A DNA stretch of 58,766 bases, filler included, from Basidioascus undulatus (Eukaryota), in assembly GCA_000826855.1 (NCBI GenBank). It is 4 parts of 4 records of this genome, joined end to end, with 100 filler letters (N's around TTAATTAATTAA, not from the genome) between each part and the next. Parts side by side here need not be neighbours in the genome. Positions count along the whole stretch, not along the records: positions 9,686 to 39,407 come from JTLS01000124.1; 3 more parts are not named here. The stretch is one strand, 5' to 3'. Below the pieces are notes generated by a model. The model saw only the letters and a program-made list of their open reading frames with translations. It did not search any database and was not told where the DNA came from. Made by a program: the position numbers and the translations under genes. Positions 23,468 to 36,469 of the stretch are shown here, in pieces (position 1 is the stretch's first letter; each line of letters begins with the position of its first letter).

Positions 23468-26400
23468 TGTGTAGCGAGACTGTGATGCTGTCGATCGAAG
23501 TTGGATAGCGTACAGTCGGACCCCTTATAAACATTTCGGAAAGACAAGTGTGACTCCGTCAGGCCGTGAATACCACGGCCTCCCTGCCCGCTACAGACCG
23601 GAAGAAGCTGCAGGCCGGGGGTTGACTCTGGAAACTCCGGGGCGCATCGGCGAAGAAAGTTCTCTCAGGTACCCACGACTGTCGGAGCCAGGGGCCTGAA
23701 AAACGCTGTCTCTTCGATGTCCTGCCATTTTGATTTAAATAAAGGCCTGTAAGTACTTTACTGGCATTGGTAGCGACGGACGGTGACCATCATGGCGGCG
23801 TACCGGAGCAGCGGGCGGAGCTGGGCGCGAGAAAAAGACTCCAGGAAAGGGAAGCAATGCCATCAGAAACTGCCGGTCTGTCGTAGGTGGCTAGGGAGAT
23901 GGGGGTAGATGGGGGGAAAGGTGAGGAAGGCGCTTACCGACCCGGACTGCAGAGCACGGCACTTTGTTGCAGACCTCACCGAGGTTAAGCGGGTAAGGGA
24001 ATTGCCGTGAAAGAACCGACTTACGGTGAAAGAACATCTAGGAATGTGCAAGTGCTCGGCCGCTCGGCAAGGCCTGCGAACATCAGCCTACCCATCAGTC
24101 CGGTCCACCCATCAGCCCAGTCCCCGCGAATGCAATCCGACTCACGTGTACCCACCTTGTCATCCTTGTCCGCGCCGAATTTCCATGCGCCCTAAAGCTT
24201 TGGGGCCTGCGGGGATAGCCGAGGGTGGAGACAGACACTCCAGAGGCGCTGGCGACAATTGTGGACGCATCTGCAGGACCTCCATCCAGCCAGCTCCTAG
24301 CATGATACAGCGATCTCTGTCTGCAGCAGAGTGCGAAGCGACAGTGGCACTGGCGGAGACCATGTCGGTGATGGCGATAAGTAGGGGACGGAGAGACTCA
24401 GGGACTAGGGGCCACGATGATGGCGGCGGGAGGCAAGCAGTGCCAGGCGGACTCAACGCTCGAAGACGCGACGGAGAGTGCGTAGCGACGGGGCTTTTGA
24501 ATGCGTGAAAGGCACGCTGCAGGCTTCCGCCGTGGAGTACCTTGAATTTTTCGGCAGAGCTTGGAGAACGCAAGGATCTTGAACATGTTCTGCATATTAT
24601 GAATCTTTCACAGATTTTCTGCGGAAAGATGTCGTCTTGCACGCTCACAGTGCTAGTAGTTATCGACAAGGTGCGGGGCGAGCTCTCCACGTCGGTTACT
24701 TATCCAGATTGCGGCGGCGACAGGGTACACAACAAAACAGAGAGCGTTTCTGTGCGGTCCTTCCTAGGCAGGGATGTATGTACTTGAGGGGGGTTGCGCC
24801 GCCGCCTCGCGAAGCATGTGCGTGGCGACTTTGTCAACACCGTTTTTCCTGCTTTCCTTACAGACCTATGTCACGAATATATGTGTCTGGTATTAGAGCA
24901 TGCAGGTACTCAGGCCTACAAACAACTCTGACATGCTCAGCCGCATGTCAACAGAAAGATCATGTGGAAGTTGACAGCAGTCCTGAGTGTCCAGTTCAAT
25001 CTGGCTTTCTAGTTAGCAGCATCCAGCTCACATGCAAAAGATCCTACTCTGCCACGATTTGACTTAGTTAGCAGTTGCGTCATAAGGGTTACAGTGTTCG
25101 CAACGGGCGGTGCCACTTCAGCCGATAAAGCCTGCGAGACAAGTGAAAAACTGTGCAGCCGTGCAAGTCAATATCCGTTTGAGCCCGCGTGAATGCCAAA
25201 AAAAAGCATGTAACCACAATTTAAAAGCCCACAAATTAAAAGCCTTTTAAACATTCGGAGCTCGATCCTGAGCACAACCAGACAAACGGGGCCTTTCGGA
25301 ACAATACTGTTCCAAGTACACTGCTTTGCACGCTTCTCAGCCGACACTGCGATGCACCCTGGCCGCCAGTCCTTGTTCCGCTTGAAAATCAATTGAATTT
25401 CGTCTCAGAAAATCAGAAACGTTCTCTCCCCAGGTTCGGAGCAACCCACCGTCAATCCCAAGTGGTTTCCTGGTTTACCTCTTCCGCCACCCACGCACTG
25501 ACCCCTAGCGGTGACGGGGTATGACCTGCCTGGACCTTGCTCGTCGCACTCGAGATCCGAAAGATTACGGGGGAGGCTTCGATGGCTCGAAATTTGGTGC
25601 CCAACTGTTCGAAGATGGCTGCGTGCGCACCGTCGAAGAAGGCGAGCATGGAGGCTGGGAATGAAGTGGACTCGGTAGATCTAGAGGCGGTGCGGTTAAT
25701 TGACTTCGTTGAGGGGTGAAGAACTTGACGAGAAGCTCGAGGGGAACGATGTAGAAACGTCGTCGCTCCCTCAGAAGTGGGAGAGATTGAGGAGGAAGAG
25801 GACGGAAAGGGCCGCCGCTGGGAAGCAGCTGCGGGGGATAAGGAGGGCGAACGTCGGCACTGCTTGCCCGATTCCCGCTGAAGCCGAAGCAGGGCGTTGG
25901 CCCAGTTTCGTTCCTTCTTGGCCCCTCATCGTGGACGACTCGTCCGCTAACCACCAGCGCAGCGCCCGCGTCGCCCGTCTCAACCTGATGATAGCGATTG
26001 CGATGGTGATTATGTGCTCGAGGGACAGGACAAATAGACCCGGTAGCGACGTTTTAGCAGGGCGGCCACCACTTGACGCGGGCTCTCCCGGAATCTCAAC
26101 TGGCTCTGGATGGGCCAGAGAGCACCCAGGTGGCGCAGCGTCTGGATGGCACAAGGACGCAGCGTAGACGTCAACGAAGGCGCTATCCCAATGGTAAGAA
26201 CCTGCGTGTGCTTTAACTGAAAGTTGAGCTCGAGAATTAAGGTATGTGGGCGATTACGATGGCGTGGCCGAAGTGATCGTGTAATTGGTGTTCAAGAAGA
26301 GTTCCAGCGTCCAAAAGGAGCAGCCTGGGCCTTTCGGATCTTTCCCCCCAGTTCGAAGTGTGTGAAATGCCGTTGTGTATGGCCAATTCATTCTTTCTGG

Positions 26401-28912
26401 GCCAGTACTATATCCTTGCCGCAACTCTTTGGGACGTCTTGCTCGAACGACTCGACAAGGTTATGCCCGCTGACAGTACTGTACTTTTCATACCTTCCTC
26501 TCTCTCCTTGGAAAGTGGGTTAATTTTGTTGAAAATCTACACCCAAATATATACCCCTTGTCAGCAGGCCTCAGAAACGGTTTTCACGACGAGCTTGATA
26601 TTTTTACGGTGCGCTACTTGGCCCGACCCTGCGACGGTCGAGTTGCACTTAAAAGCCGACTCTTAATAAATAGACCTAAGCAACATAGTATCAATTTTAC
26701 CCCAACTTTCTATTCCGCCTCCCTGCTCCTTATCCACGTTTCCGCGAGCCTCCCAGCGCAGAGCATGCCACCTCTCTCCCAACTCGTCCCAGTAAGCCAC
26801 CCCAAGCGCCGCATCAGGCCCGATTGCCTCTAGTTAGCCTTTATAAGAGAGAGAGTGCGAGAAAGTCCAACGGAGGGGTCACCCAGCAGTGCTTCCGCCA
26901 ATTGACGCCGTTGGATGTTGAGCAAGCTTGGCTTTGCTGTTGCACACAGGCACTCGGCCGTCCAAATCCTTATCAGACAGTTTGTACCTCGTCGTTGGAA
27001 CACCAAGATTGGAATGGGAAGGCACGGGTTCTTCGTTGCTTGTGATATCCGACTTCTGCGATGAATCGGTGGACGCCGAGTCTGTATTGAGCCCACTGGC
27101 ATACCACTCTGCTAACGAAGGAATCCGGCACTTTGAGCTGAAAAAATGACAACAAGAACAAGCAATTAAACAGAAATAATGTGATTCAAACCTTCGCTAC
27201 GTTAGTCGTTACCGTGGATGCAAGACAACGCCGACGGTCCCACGCCGCCGGCCTGCCGACTTGCGAACTGCATGTAACGCAGTCCACTCCGCGTTAATCT
27301 AGCTCACGAACGCCTTCTGCCGACCGAGATGCATGTCGGTCATGCGTTTCGTCCAAGTGCCCACAGGCACGCACAGCCTACTTCGCTCTCTTGCTCAACC
27401 TTCTACTCCCGTTCAAGCACACAAACGCAAGTCTCACGCCCCTGGCGCAATCCTTCTAAAGCTCTTGATTCTTCCGTCCCGCCCGCTGCCCAACAAGCAC
27501 CTACAAAACCCAGCGCGCCCGGTCCACAGGCGCGCCTTCTGCCCTCCCGCTCCTCCTTCTCTCCGTCCGCACAAGCACGACGATAACGGGCGCTTAGAGG
27601 GCAGAGGCACCGGTACTGTTCGTCGGGGGCACGTTAGTTACCCGATCAGCAAAGCAAGAATCATGCGCAGAGAAGGCGAAGGAGAGAACTGGGGAAGGGG
27701 AGAAACGAAAAGGGGGAGAAGACGAAGACGGAGCCGGAGCAGGCTCCTAAGGAGGAGGAGAAGCCGGCGCGGGCGGAAGAGGAGAAGGTTGATGAGGCAG
27801 GTGGAGGAGATCGTAGAGCGTGCGGAAGGCGGCGTCGAGGGAGCCGCCGGCGGCACTGCAGGAGGAGGAGGTCGGCGGGGAGACAGAGAAGGGGGACGGT
27901 GCGGAACAGCAGTAGAGGGGTTTCCCAGTGGACACGAACCTTTCGGATGAACTTGAAACATACATTAATAGAGTAACCAACGAACGACGCAGAGGCAGAG
28001 AGAGGTCTTCGACTGCCGGCGAGCCAGCGACTCTGCCGCCCGCACCGTCTTCTGATAGTCACACTGCCGTCGGTTTGGAATACCTGACTAGCGACCCTAT
28101 GGCTACGTTCCTTTTAAATTTTCCAGTGCAGAAAGTCAGTCCCCGGCATCCGTTTGTATTGCGCAGTGAGGCTGCGAGGGCGAAGGCTGCGAGAACTCGG
28201 CGAACTCTCCAACTATCTTTCGGCACGTCCTTGATAACCTTCCCACACACAAACTATTCTAGGCCCTGCACTCAAACAGCCTTTGTATCAGCTCCATGGG
28301 CTTGAAGGATGGCAGGGAGGGCTGCCATAGTCGAGGCCGTCCACCGTGCGGCGCTTCTCGCCCCAGCCGGCCGGGCAAATGGGGGGCGTTGAACTCTTCT
28401 GTCAAATATGATAAGGTGAGATTAACCTTTATGAGTTGCTTATCAGATCGCGAACATCTATATCAAACCCGGAACGCAAAGGCTGAGTCGAATGTTCCAG
28501 CGGCGAAGGCGCGCTGGGCTTCACTTGATCTTCTTCATTGCCTTGAGCAAGCAGGCGTACTGCAACCCGAGTATTCCTTTCACATAATAAGGGCTACTTG
28601 GACAGTTCATCCAGGACGTGAGCTCGGTCGACGCGAATGGAACATGCGACCATGATTGTGCCAGCAGCGACCGCTATGCGTGATGTCCGTATGGAGCATC
28701 AAGGAGAATGCGGGACAAAAGATACTCGTGCATGGGAAGGCTCGAGATATAGAAACATGTAATATGGGAACGACAGAGGCAAGCATTGTTTCAGGAAACA
28801 CCATAAAGACTAAACGCAACTTAGACTGGCGGGGCGGTGTCCGACCTTCACCGCACAAGGTCCAACTCCTACGACCTGCTGCGAAGGCTCCCCACTGCAA
28901 TTAAAGAATATG

Positions 28913-29353
28913 TTATGAAAACTCGGGCAAAACAGCGAGATGTTGGGTTGCGTGGCGTTCTCCACAAAGAGGAAGCATCTCATGTCGCTGAGGAAGGACT
29001 AGAACGCAACGAGCAGTCTGCGCGCACTGGTTGCAACACCCCTCCGCAGTAGTGCCGGTACTTCCAAATCTCTGGGTCACGAGAGTCTCATCGAAGTTGA
29101 CCGAGTCGACTTGCGTCAAGGACGTCGATTGAGCACAGACGTCAGAAAAGCAGGTGAAGCTTGCCGGAAAGAGCCTCCAAGGCACACAGGCTTCTTATCA
29201 TAATGCTTCTTTGGATTGAGCACCTTCTCGACTGCGCCAACGAGCGTAGTTCCGACCTGCGCGAGCTCCTCGCCGATGTCCGGAACGGCGGTGACGATCG
29301 TCACCGCGAGGACGAAGATGGCGATAGCTGCTGCGTAGGGTGGAGAGACGTAT
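28913..29353 (-). pseudogene. Small secreted cysteine-containing protein (PAN/Apple-like CCxxC motif), start codon damaged
   Basis: ATA-CGT-CTC-TCC-ACC-CTA (I/M-RLSTL), then after one extra base AAAIAIFVLAVTIVTA-VPDIGEELAQVG..KKPVCLGG. A downstream segment reads VDSVNFDETLVTQRFGSTGTTAEGCCNQCAQTARCV. Confidence 0.5.
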
Positions 29354-30237
29354 TCTCGTGGTAGCGGAGATAGTGCGTCTCTTTGGTGGAAGGCGGAGTG
29401 GGGAGAGGATGAACGGACAATGTCGATTGGCGTCTGGCGGCTGGGTGGGAGAGAAGCAAACACGCTGTCAGACTATAAAGTTCAGTGAGAGGTTTACTGT
29501 TGGGAGAGGGATCTGTTTACAGCGACGGTTGGTGTTATTTGTTTGCTGTCTAGGATGGGACGCCAAGGCAATACGAGGCTTGGCCCCACCTTTGACAAAC
29601 GACGGCCCTGTAAACGACCACATGATGCAGGGATGTTAAGTGGCACGGGTAATTTTGAAAAATAAACAGTTTGGGAGAACTAGTGAAAACTCGCCCGCTA
29701 TTGCAGCCTCAAGACGCACCATTTTCATGCTGGAAGTATCCTTTCCTTCATTTTGGGCATTTGGCAAAAGGTCTTCATTCTGCTCGCCCCAGTACCTGTA
29801 TACATACAATTTCAATGCACATACTAGTAATTCGGCTCAAAATGGATGCTGTTCGGCCTTGCCAGTAGCAGCCTGGGGGTCTGGCGGGCAGCGATTGGGG
29901 GGGAGGGGAGTCGCAGCATTCCCCCGCGTGCCTCCCGCTTACTACGAGCGCACAACGCGCCACACAGTGGTTGCTCAGCAGTTGGTCTGGCAGCTGAATA
30001 GAAACTTACTCGATTACTCTATGAACCCATGCCCCACAAGTCTTTCAGAAGCGAGGAGCGTGCGTGAGGAATTCAATGCCTGCATGAAGGTGCTGTGTCG
30101 CAAGTTTAATTTCATGCGGTCGTCGATGGGGTAGAGGTCAATGTGCGTGGATCCTTTCCGATGTGATATTTCACCTTCTCTTCACGTATCTGAACAAAAG
30201 CTGGTCGCATAGTTCCTACAACCGCCCAACAGCACCT

Positions 30238-31164
30238 TCAACACCAATGCTCGCCTGCTTCCGACCCCGCGGCCTGCTTGCCCACCTCCCTGGTCGCCAC
30301 CCACCAAAGCGCCTCCTCGACCAGTTCGGTAAAATGGTGAACGTTGTACCGAGTCTTGACGGGGTCGTCCGTGAGCGGTTGCGGGCGGATGAAGAGCACC
30401 GGAACGGGACGCTGCGGATTCGCCTTCTTCGCCTGCGCGAGGGAAGTGTAATAGATGTCGTTGCATGTGAAGCGTCCGGCGTTGGTACTGGGCTTGACAT
30501 GCTGCAGGAATAGAGTAAGCTAAAATATTAGTCAATCAAAGATAGTGTAGAAGCGGGGGGTTGACGCCGCAGACTCACCTTGAATACCAGTTCGCCGTTG
30601 AGGAACTCCAGCAGCGCATCAATATCCACGCTACTCTTCTCCTCCAGCTCAAAGCCCTCATACCCTTCCCCTCCAAATCCGCGCACCCCACGTCGGACCT
30701 CAGGCGGAAGCGACCCATCCACTCCCTTCACCTCGTACCCCTCCTTGATCCCGAAGGCGCTCGAGCTCAACCGGCCCGGCGTGGCCGACGCCGACGTGCA
30801 CGACTGCGTCGAAGGGGGGTGATGCGGTGTGCAGGGGCGGTATGAGGGTGGATATGGCCTTGTACGATACTGGCACTTCGAGCTTGTGGATGTGCAGCGT
30901 GTGGAATGATGGGGAGCAAGCGAACGAGCAAGGAGGGGAGATGAGCGTTGAGGGGAGAGCCGAGACGACTTCCCAGGAGGGGTTGGTCTTACTGATGGAA
31001 TAGCTTGACAAAAGACATGCCCAGCAGAAAAGTCAGAAATGTATCTGTCCAGTCTATTGATCCGAGAAAGGAAGACGCACCCCGAAGCCAGTCACCAAGA
31101 TTCGAATAGGCTGCGCATCGGCGACGCCCTCTGCGTGTTCCAGGACAAGCGGTTCCTCAGACAT
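30238..31164 (-). pseudogene. Pyroglutamyl-peptidase I (peptidase C15) homolog with a frameshift and a His-to-Arg change
   Basis: IRILVTGFG, NPSWEVV, LEVPVSY, AVVHVGVG, VELER, then a +1 shift near 30757 into FGIKEGY..VDG. STNAGRFTCNDIYYTSL keeps the catalytic Cys. VLFIRPQP stands where FxHVP is expected. Confidence 0.8.
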
Positions 31165-32115
31165 TTATTTAAAATATGATCTGGGAACCAAGAACAGGGA
31201 GCGTTCGGATTGTCGTTCTTTAATCTTGCGCCGCAGAGTCAGACCGGATGGACTTCAACGGGCTCTCGGCTTCTGTCACGGTTCCCCAGCTACGCCATGA
31301 CCGCTGGGAATCGCGCTCTAACTGAGTCATAGCATAGCAAAGCTAGGATCACCTCAGATCAACTGAATTGGCGACAACAGCATGTAGCCGGGCATCAACG
31401 GGCATCCGGGTTCTATCGGTGGACAGCGCGCTGGAACACGGTACATTCTTCCCAGACGATTTCAAAGACACTCACTGTAATTTTAGTTGACTCATACCAA
31501 GAACTTTCAGAAGCACCAGCACATCGACGGGCATCCGGGTTTTGCCTCTTCCCACTTATTTGCCAACGGAAGCTCGCGTGGCTCACGCCCAATTGAAGCC
31601 TCGTCCGGATACATCAAGGAAGCCTGCTCCTGAGTATATCATAGCATAATTATTGTCTGCAGCGGAAATGGGAGCGGTCTTGCCAGCTGGCATCTACTGC
31701 AGACTCTCCGCTTCACAAGCTCCGCCACGCAGCGTGGCCTTCTCCTCAACTTGCTTCTTACTGTCTTGTTTCAAATCTACGAGCGCTACAGGATCTATTC
31801 TTGCGTAATTCATCTGATATAGCGCTTACGTGCCAGCCTTCTGTCTGCCAACAGTCTACGCTGTCGCCTCCCTCCGTAGCTACTGCTCTCAACGCGCAGC
31901 GGCCCCGATCCTCAAACACCCCCACGTCCAAATACATGAGAGACACGCCCGTCCGAGATTCCAAGTCCACCTCCATAATTAGCATATATGACGTAGAATC
32001 TATCTAAACTCCCGCATCCCGCGGCGTCTAGTCCAGTGTAGCATCTATGTCCCCCATCTCTATCCAAGTCCCAAGTCCTCCATAGTCCTCCAAATGGTCC
32101 AGATACCGGAAACTC

Positions 32116-33975
32116 CTAAAGTCTCGCCCTCGTCTTCTCCCCCTCCGTCCTTCCCATCCTCAAGACCGGAGCGTCCCCGCCCGCCAACACCCGCCCCAAG
32201 AACATTGCCATCGCCTCACCCAGCTCTTTCGGCTTCTCCTGTACGATCTGCGCCTCCTCCCACGCATCAGCGTTCTCTCCCTCTCTCTCTCCCTCCCCCC
32301 AGTTCACCTCCTTCCAACCCCGACATACCAGATGCCCCGCCCCCTCCAACACCCCATTCTCTGCCCCCGGCGCGCGCCAGACGGTCTCAGCGCGGTGTTC
32401 CAGCGAACCCATCACCCCTTCTCCGCTGCGTTTGCGGCCATCGTCCACCTCGTCCGCTACGACCCAGAGCACGGGGAGGGACGCGGGCAGGGAGGGGAGG
32501 AGCGCCCACGCCTCGTGCGGGGTGAGGTCCTCCGCGAAGACGGAGGCTTCGTGCGGGGAGGGGGTAGCGAGGGTCACCTCTTCCTCCGAGGAAGTGGCAG
32601 ATAGAGAGAAAGAAGAGGTGGTGGAGGAAGAGGATGGGGTGGGGACGAATCCGTGTTTAATGTATACCTCCAGGACCTTCGGATCCCACCGCCCAAAGAA
32701 CGATGAGCGGGCGAGGAGCGTGTGCGCCGCGGAGGGGGAGGGGAAGGTGTGTCTGCGCGAGAGCGCGGCGCGCACTAGGGATGAGTGGGTTGCGCCGGCG
32801 GAGGAGCCAGGCTTGAGGGGAGTGAGGGTCGGGGAGGAGAGGGTGGGGGAAGAGGGGGAAGAGCAAGACCAAGAGGTGGGGGTAGGGGGTGAGGGAGGAG
32901 GACGAATGACGGGGTCGATGAGGATTAGGGAGTGGAAGAGCGTGGGGTGGGCGGCGGCGAGGCGGGCGCTGAGGGAGAAAGATTAGTGAGGTGGGAAGAA
33001 GGGGAGAGGGAAAGCGGTGGGACGCACATCGAGCACCCCCCGAACGAGTGGCCGATGGCGATCAGCTTGCGGGGCCGCGCCTCAGGTGGGGTGGTGGAAG
33101 ATCGGGAGAGAAGCGTGGGTGAGGAGGTGGTTGGGGTGGGAGGGAGGTGCGAGATGAGGGAGAGGATGTCCCGGGCGTTGTCGGACCAGTCGACTGCGAA
33201 TCACCGCAATCGTCAGCTCGCAAGGCAGGCAGGGGAATGATGAGGATAGGTGAGAGTCGAAGAGGGGAGGGGGGAGACGAACAGACCAACCCCAGCTTCC
33301 CAGCGTTCAGCTGCGCGGACTGCCCATGCTGCACCGAGTCGAGCGCCCAGATCTCGTCGATGGGCAGGGGGCCGGCGTAGTGCTCGAGGAAGCTTTGCAG
33401 GGTGGGGTCCCATGTCTATTGTATTGCTTCAATTATTGAACCAAAATGAGAAAGGAATGGGAAAAACTGCAACGTACCTCCTTCGGCATTCCATTCGCAT
33501 GTGCCAAAACGAGCGTGACCCCCTCCCCCGTCGCCCCGCGTCTCACAAACCTCTCCACCACCACGCCCAGCTGCTGCCCGCCCTCCTCCGCCCCTCTGCT
33601 CCCAGCCTCCATCCGGAGCCTCACCAGCTCCGCCCGTTCGCGCTCCACGCGCGCCATCCGCGCCTCTTTGTCCTCCCCTTCCGGCGCCTTTTCCAGCACG
33701 GGCGAAGGCGGCGCAGTCGAGTGCTGGAGCGTGCGCGGGTGGGCGGCAGGGTAGATGTGCGTTGTCAGGGCGTAGTTTGGGATTGGGGATGAACGGGAAG
33801 CGGGCGGGGTAGAAGGGGGGGAGAGCGCGAGCGGGGCTTGGAGGGGAAGGAGCGGGCGAGGGTGGATGTGAGGGGGTGTGGGGGTGAGGGCGGAGGTGCG
33901 CGGGAGGGACTGCATGGAACGGGATAGGGGAAGGAAGGTACGGAAGCGGGGAAGAGGTCGATGGAGGGTATGCAT
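32116..33975 (-). CDS. Alpha/beta-fold hydrolase (Abhydrolase_6/Lpx1-like) with PTS1
   Basis: LVLAHANGMPKE/TWDP, EIWALDSVQHGQSA, DWSDNARDIL, GHSFGG nucleophile elbow, LILIDPVI, WDPKVLEVYIKHG, GAGHL/IVQEKP; C-terminus ARL*. Confidence 0.88.
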
Positions 33976-36469
33976 TTGGGAAAGGAGGGATGGATGAGGA
34001 GGAGGGAGGCCAAGAGAGAAGACGCGTCGATCAGGGGAGGGAAAGCCGGCTGCCGGCTCAAGCAGAGCCGGTGCTGCTCGCTCAGCGAGAAGGCTGTATT
34101 CGGACTGAGGAGTGCACTCTGGTGTTTGTATCTTTCATGAATGGCGGAGGCAGAGAACATTCAGAGAAGCATATCTGGACGGTCGGGCTCTGGCTACGGT
34201 ATCAGACGAACAGCCACCTTCTCTTCCGAGTCGGACCTGCGGCACTTTCTTCGTCAACAACTTGAGCGAGAGCAACCAATACCAGCCGCTTTCCTAAAAG
34301 ATTTTGGCGCCAGTACTTTGAGTCCTGATAAAGCAGCGACATAAAAAAAACCACCAGGGGCGCTTGAACGTAGACCTCTGCTCTGATGTTGAAGAACCCG
34401 CAAGTCTAGAGTCCTGGATGCCTTGCTCGCACCTTGGCTCTCCCGCTCAAAATATATAAGTAAAAATCCTGGCCAATTAAATCTTGGGGTGAAATAGGGG
34501 ACTGATGACTTGCTGGCCAGTCGGTGTGCAAGCCTGAAAAGGATTGCAGGTTCGTGTGAGTTGATCCTTCGTCCTTAGGGCTCAACTGCCGACCATTGTC
34601 GGTGCCTCCGAGTCGACCAGTTGGTGTTTCGATCTGCGATGCGCGAGGAGGATGGTGGATGGTATGGGCCATCTCCGTCTCAAATCTACCAGCCCATACC
34701 ACCTCGGGCCTTAGGTGCAGCAGCGAGACGCAGGAGCGAGGTGCGGGCAGCAGCGGTGCAGCAGGTCTGCGTCAAAGGTCCGCCAGGTCCGCTCGCGGTT
34801 CATATCCGTATCCTAGTCCAAATCATCAACGAGAACCTCTATCAGGAATCGGTGCTTTCAGGCTGTCGAGGTCCTTCTAGCATCATCTCGACCAGCGGTG
34901 AGTGCCTTTTTCCGGTGCGCCTTACCATGTTCACTGCCGCGGCTGACGGCAGTGGTTGTGCACTCCAGGAACCCAATGGCTTGTTCAAGCAGTATCTCGA
35001 GCCTGTCACCGATGGGGGTGGAAAGGTGACCTGGCTACGCTGTGAGTATTTATCAGTCCGTAGATGTGCTGGTAGGGGGGTCTGTCGTCAGTACTGATCA
35101 GCTGCACGATGGGCGGGCGCCTACTTCCAGGCGTCTTCTGCCAGAACTTACCCGAGCCCGATGCGTCGAATGCGCACACCACCATTCCTGTTCGGCGAGT
35201 ATACAGCCTAAATTCCTCTAAACGACTATCGTTGATCTGCTCCCATTCTTTTGTCTGAGGAAGCATATCCCCGCTTGCAGGGGGGCAGTCCGGATAGACC
35301 TCCGCACACCCGCTTCCCGTCCTCGGACGTCCTCATATTTCGAAGGTGCGTTGTTCCGCTTGGTCGAACATGAAACAAAAGAGTTTGGAATGACGGCTTC
35401 TTCCGCAGGACTACGGGAAACGTCGGCAGCCGCACTGGCGCCACCTTGTGGGCCGCCTCCGCCGCCGTCGCCGCTGGGGAACGACGTTGCGCTGCGACTG
35501 GCAGAGTTGGAGAGCCGGGTGCTCGACCGACTCGCGTTGGCGCAACGAGCTTGCAGAGCTCAAAAAGTAGCTCAGCGACTTTGGGAGACGGTTGCACCAG
35601 CTCTTAGGTAAGCCGTTGGTGCATTAAGTTCGTCTTCTTGCGGACGTTTCGGTGACGGAGTTTGGATGTTGGATGTTGGTGCAAAAGAGCTACTGTTGGA
35701 ACTTCGCGGGTTCCAGCTACACCTCAGACTTGCGACGCCGACGTCCGGATATTCTCCAGTGGACTTCCTCCTCCTCCACACCCTTCCATCTACGTCCCAC
35801 TCGATCCGTATCCCCTCCCGCCGACCAATCCCGCACCTCCTCATCCAAATCCGCTCGGCTTGACGGCAACTCACGACGAGCTGTTTGCCTTCTCGGGCAT
35901 CCCACTGGATGACTTGTACCAGAACTCTCATGCCCATATGTGACTAGACAGCCTGGCAGGCACGGAGAAGCAGCTCGTAATGTAGATGGCTTTGAGCAGA
36001 GTCCCTGTCGTGAACGCAGGCTTGGTCCTATGGCTGACCGTTTTTCGTCGATGCGTGACGCCCTTCATTTTATGCCAGCAACCTGCATCGTATGCTCAGG
36101 TGCGCACTCGAACACACCCTATCCTGGTCCCTCCTCATTACGCCCCCCTCACATCCAAGTCCAGAACTTCATCTCGACATCGGCGGACTCGTTGACCTTT
36201 ATCTCGGTCTCGGAGAGCCTCTTGATGAGAATGATCGAGAACGGCTTCTGGTATCCTTCGCTGCCTGTTGGACAGGCAAGACGAGCGTGTTAGCAGCAGC
36301 GCATGAGGCGGGACAACGAAGCGTGCCGTGGCATCTACACATCCAGGAATTGCGAGGAAGGTGAGATACCAGTCGAAACATGGCTTTTTGAATGGCGAAG
36401 CTGTAGGGGCAGAGGCTTTACATGACAGGCAGCAGCGTTCCGAATCAACTGGAAGGCCTTACTCCTCGC

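Noticed and set aside
27333..27950. Arg-rich 205-aa ORF resembling a protamine
   Set aside because: Arises from a purine-rich low-complexity tract open in several frames; no supportable gene model
34100..36400. Scattered exon-like pieces (for example EPNGLFKQYLEPVTDGGGKVTWLR|gtgagt and DELFAFSGIPLDDLYQ)
   Set aside because: Possibly gene relics, but no consistent frame or family could be established
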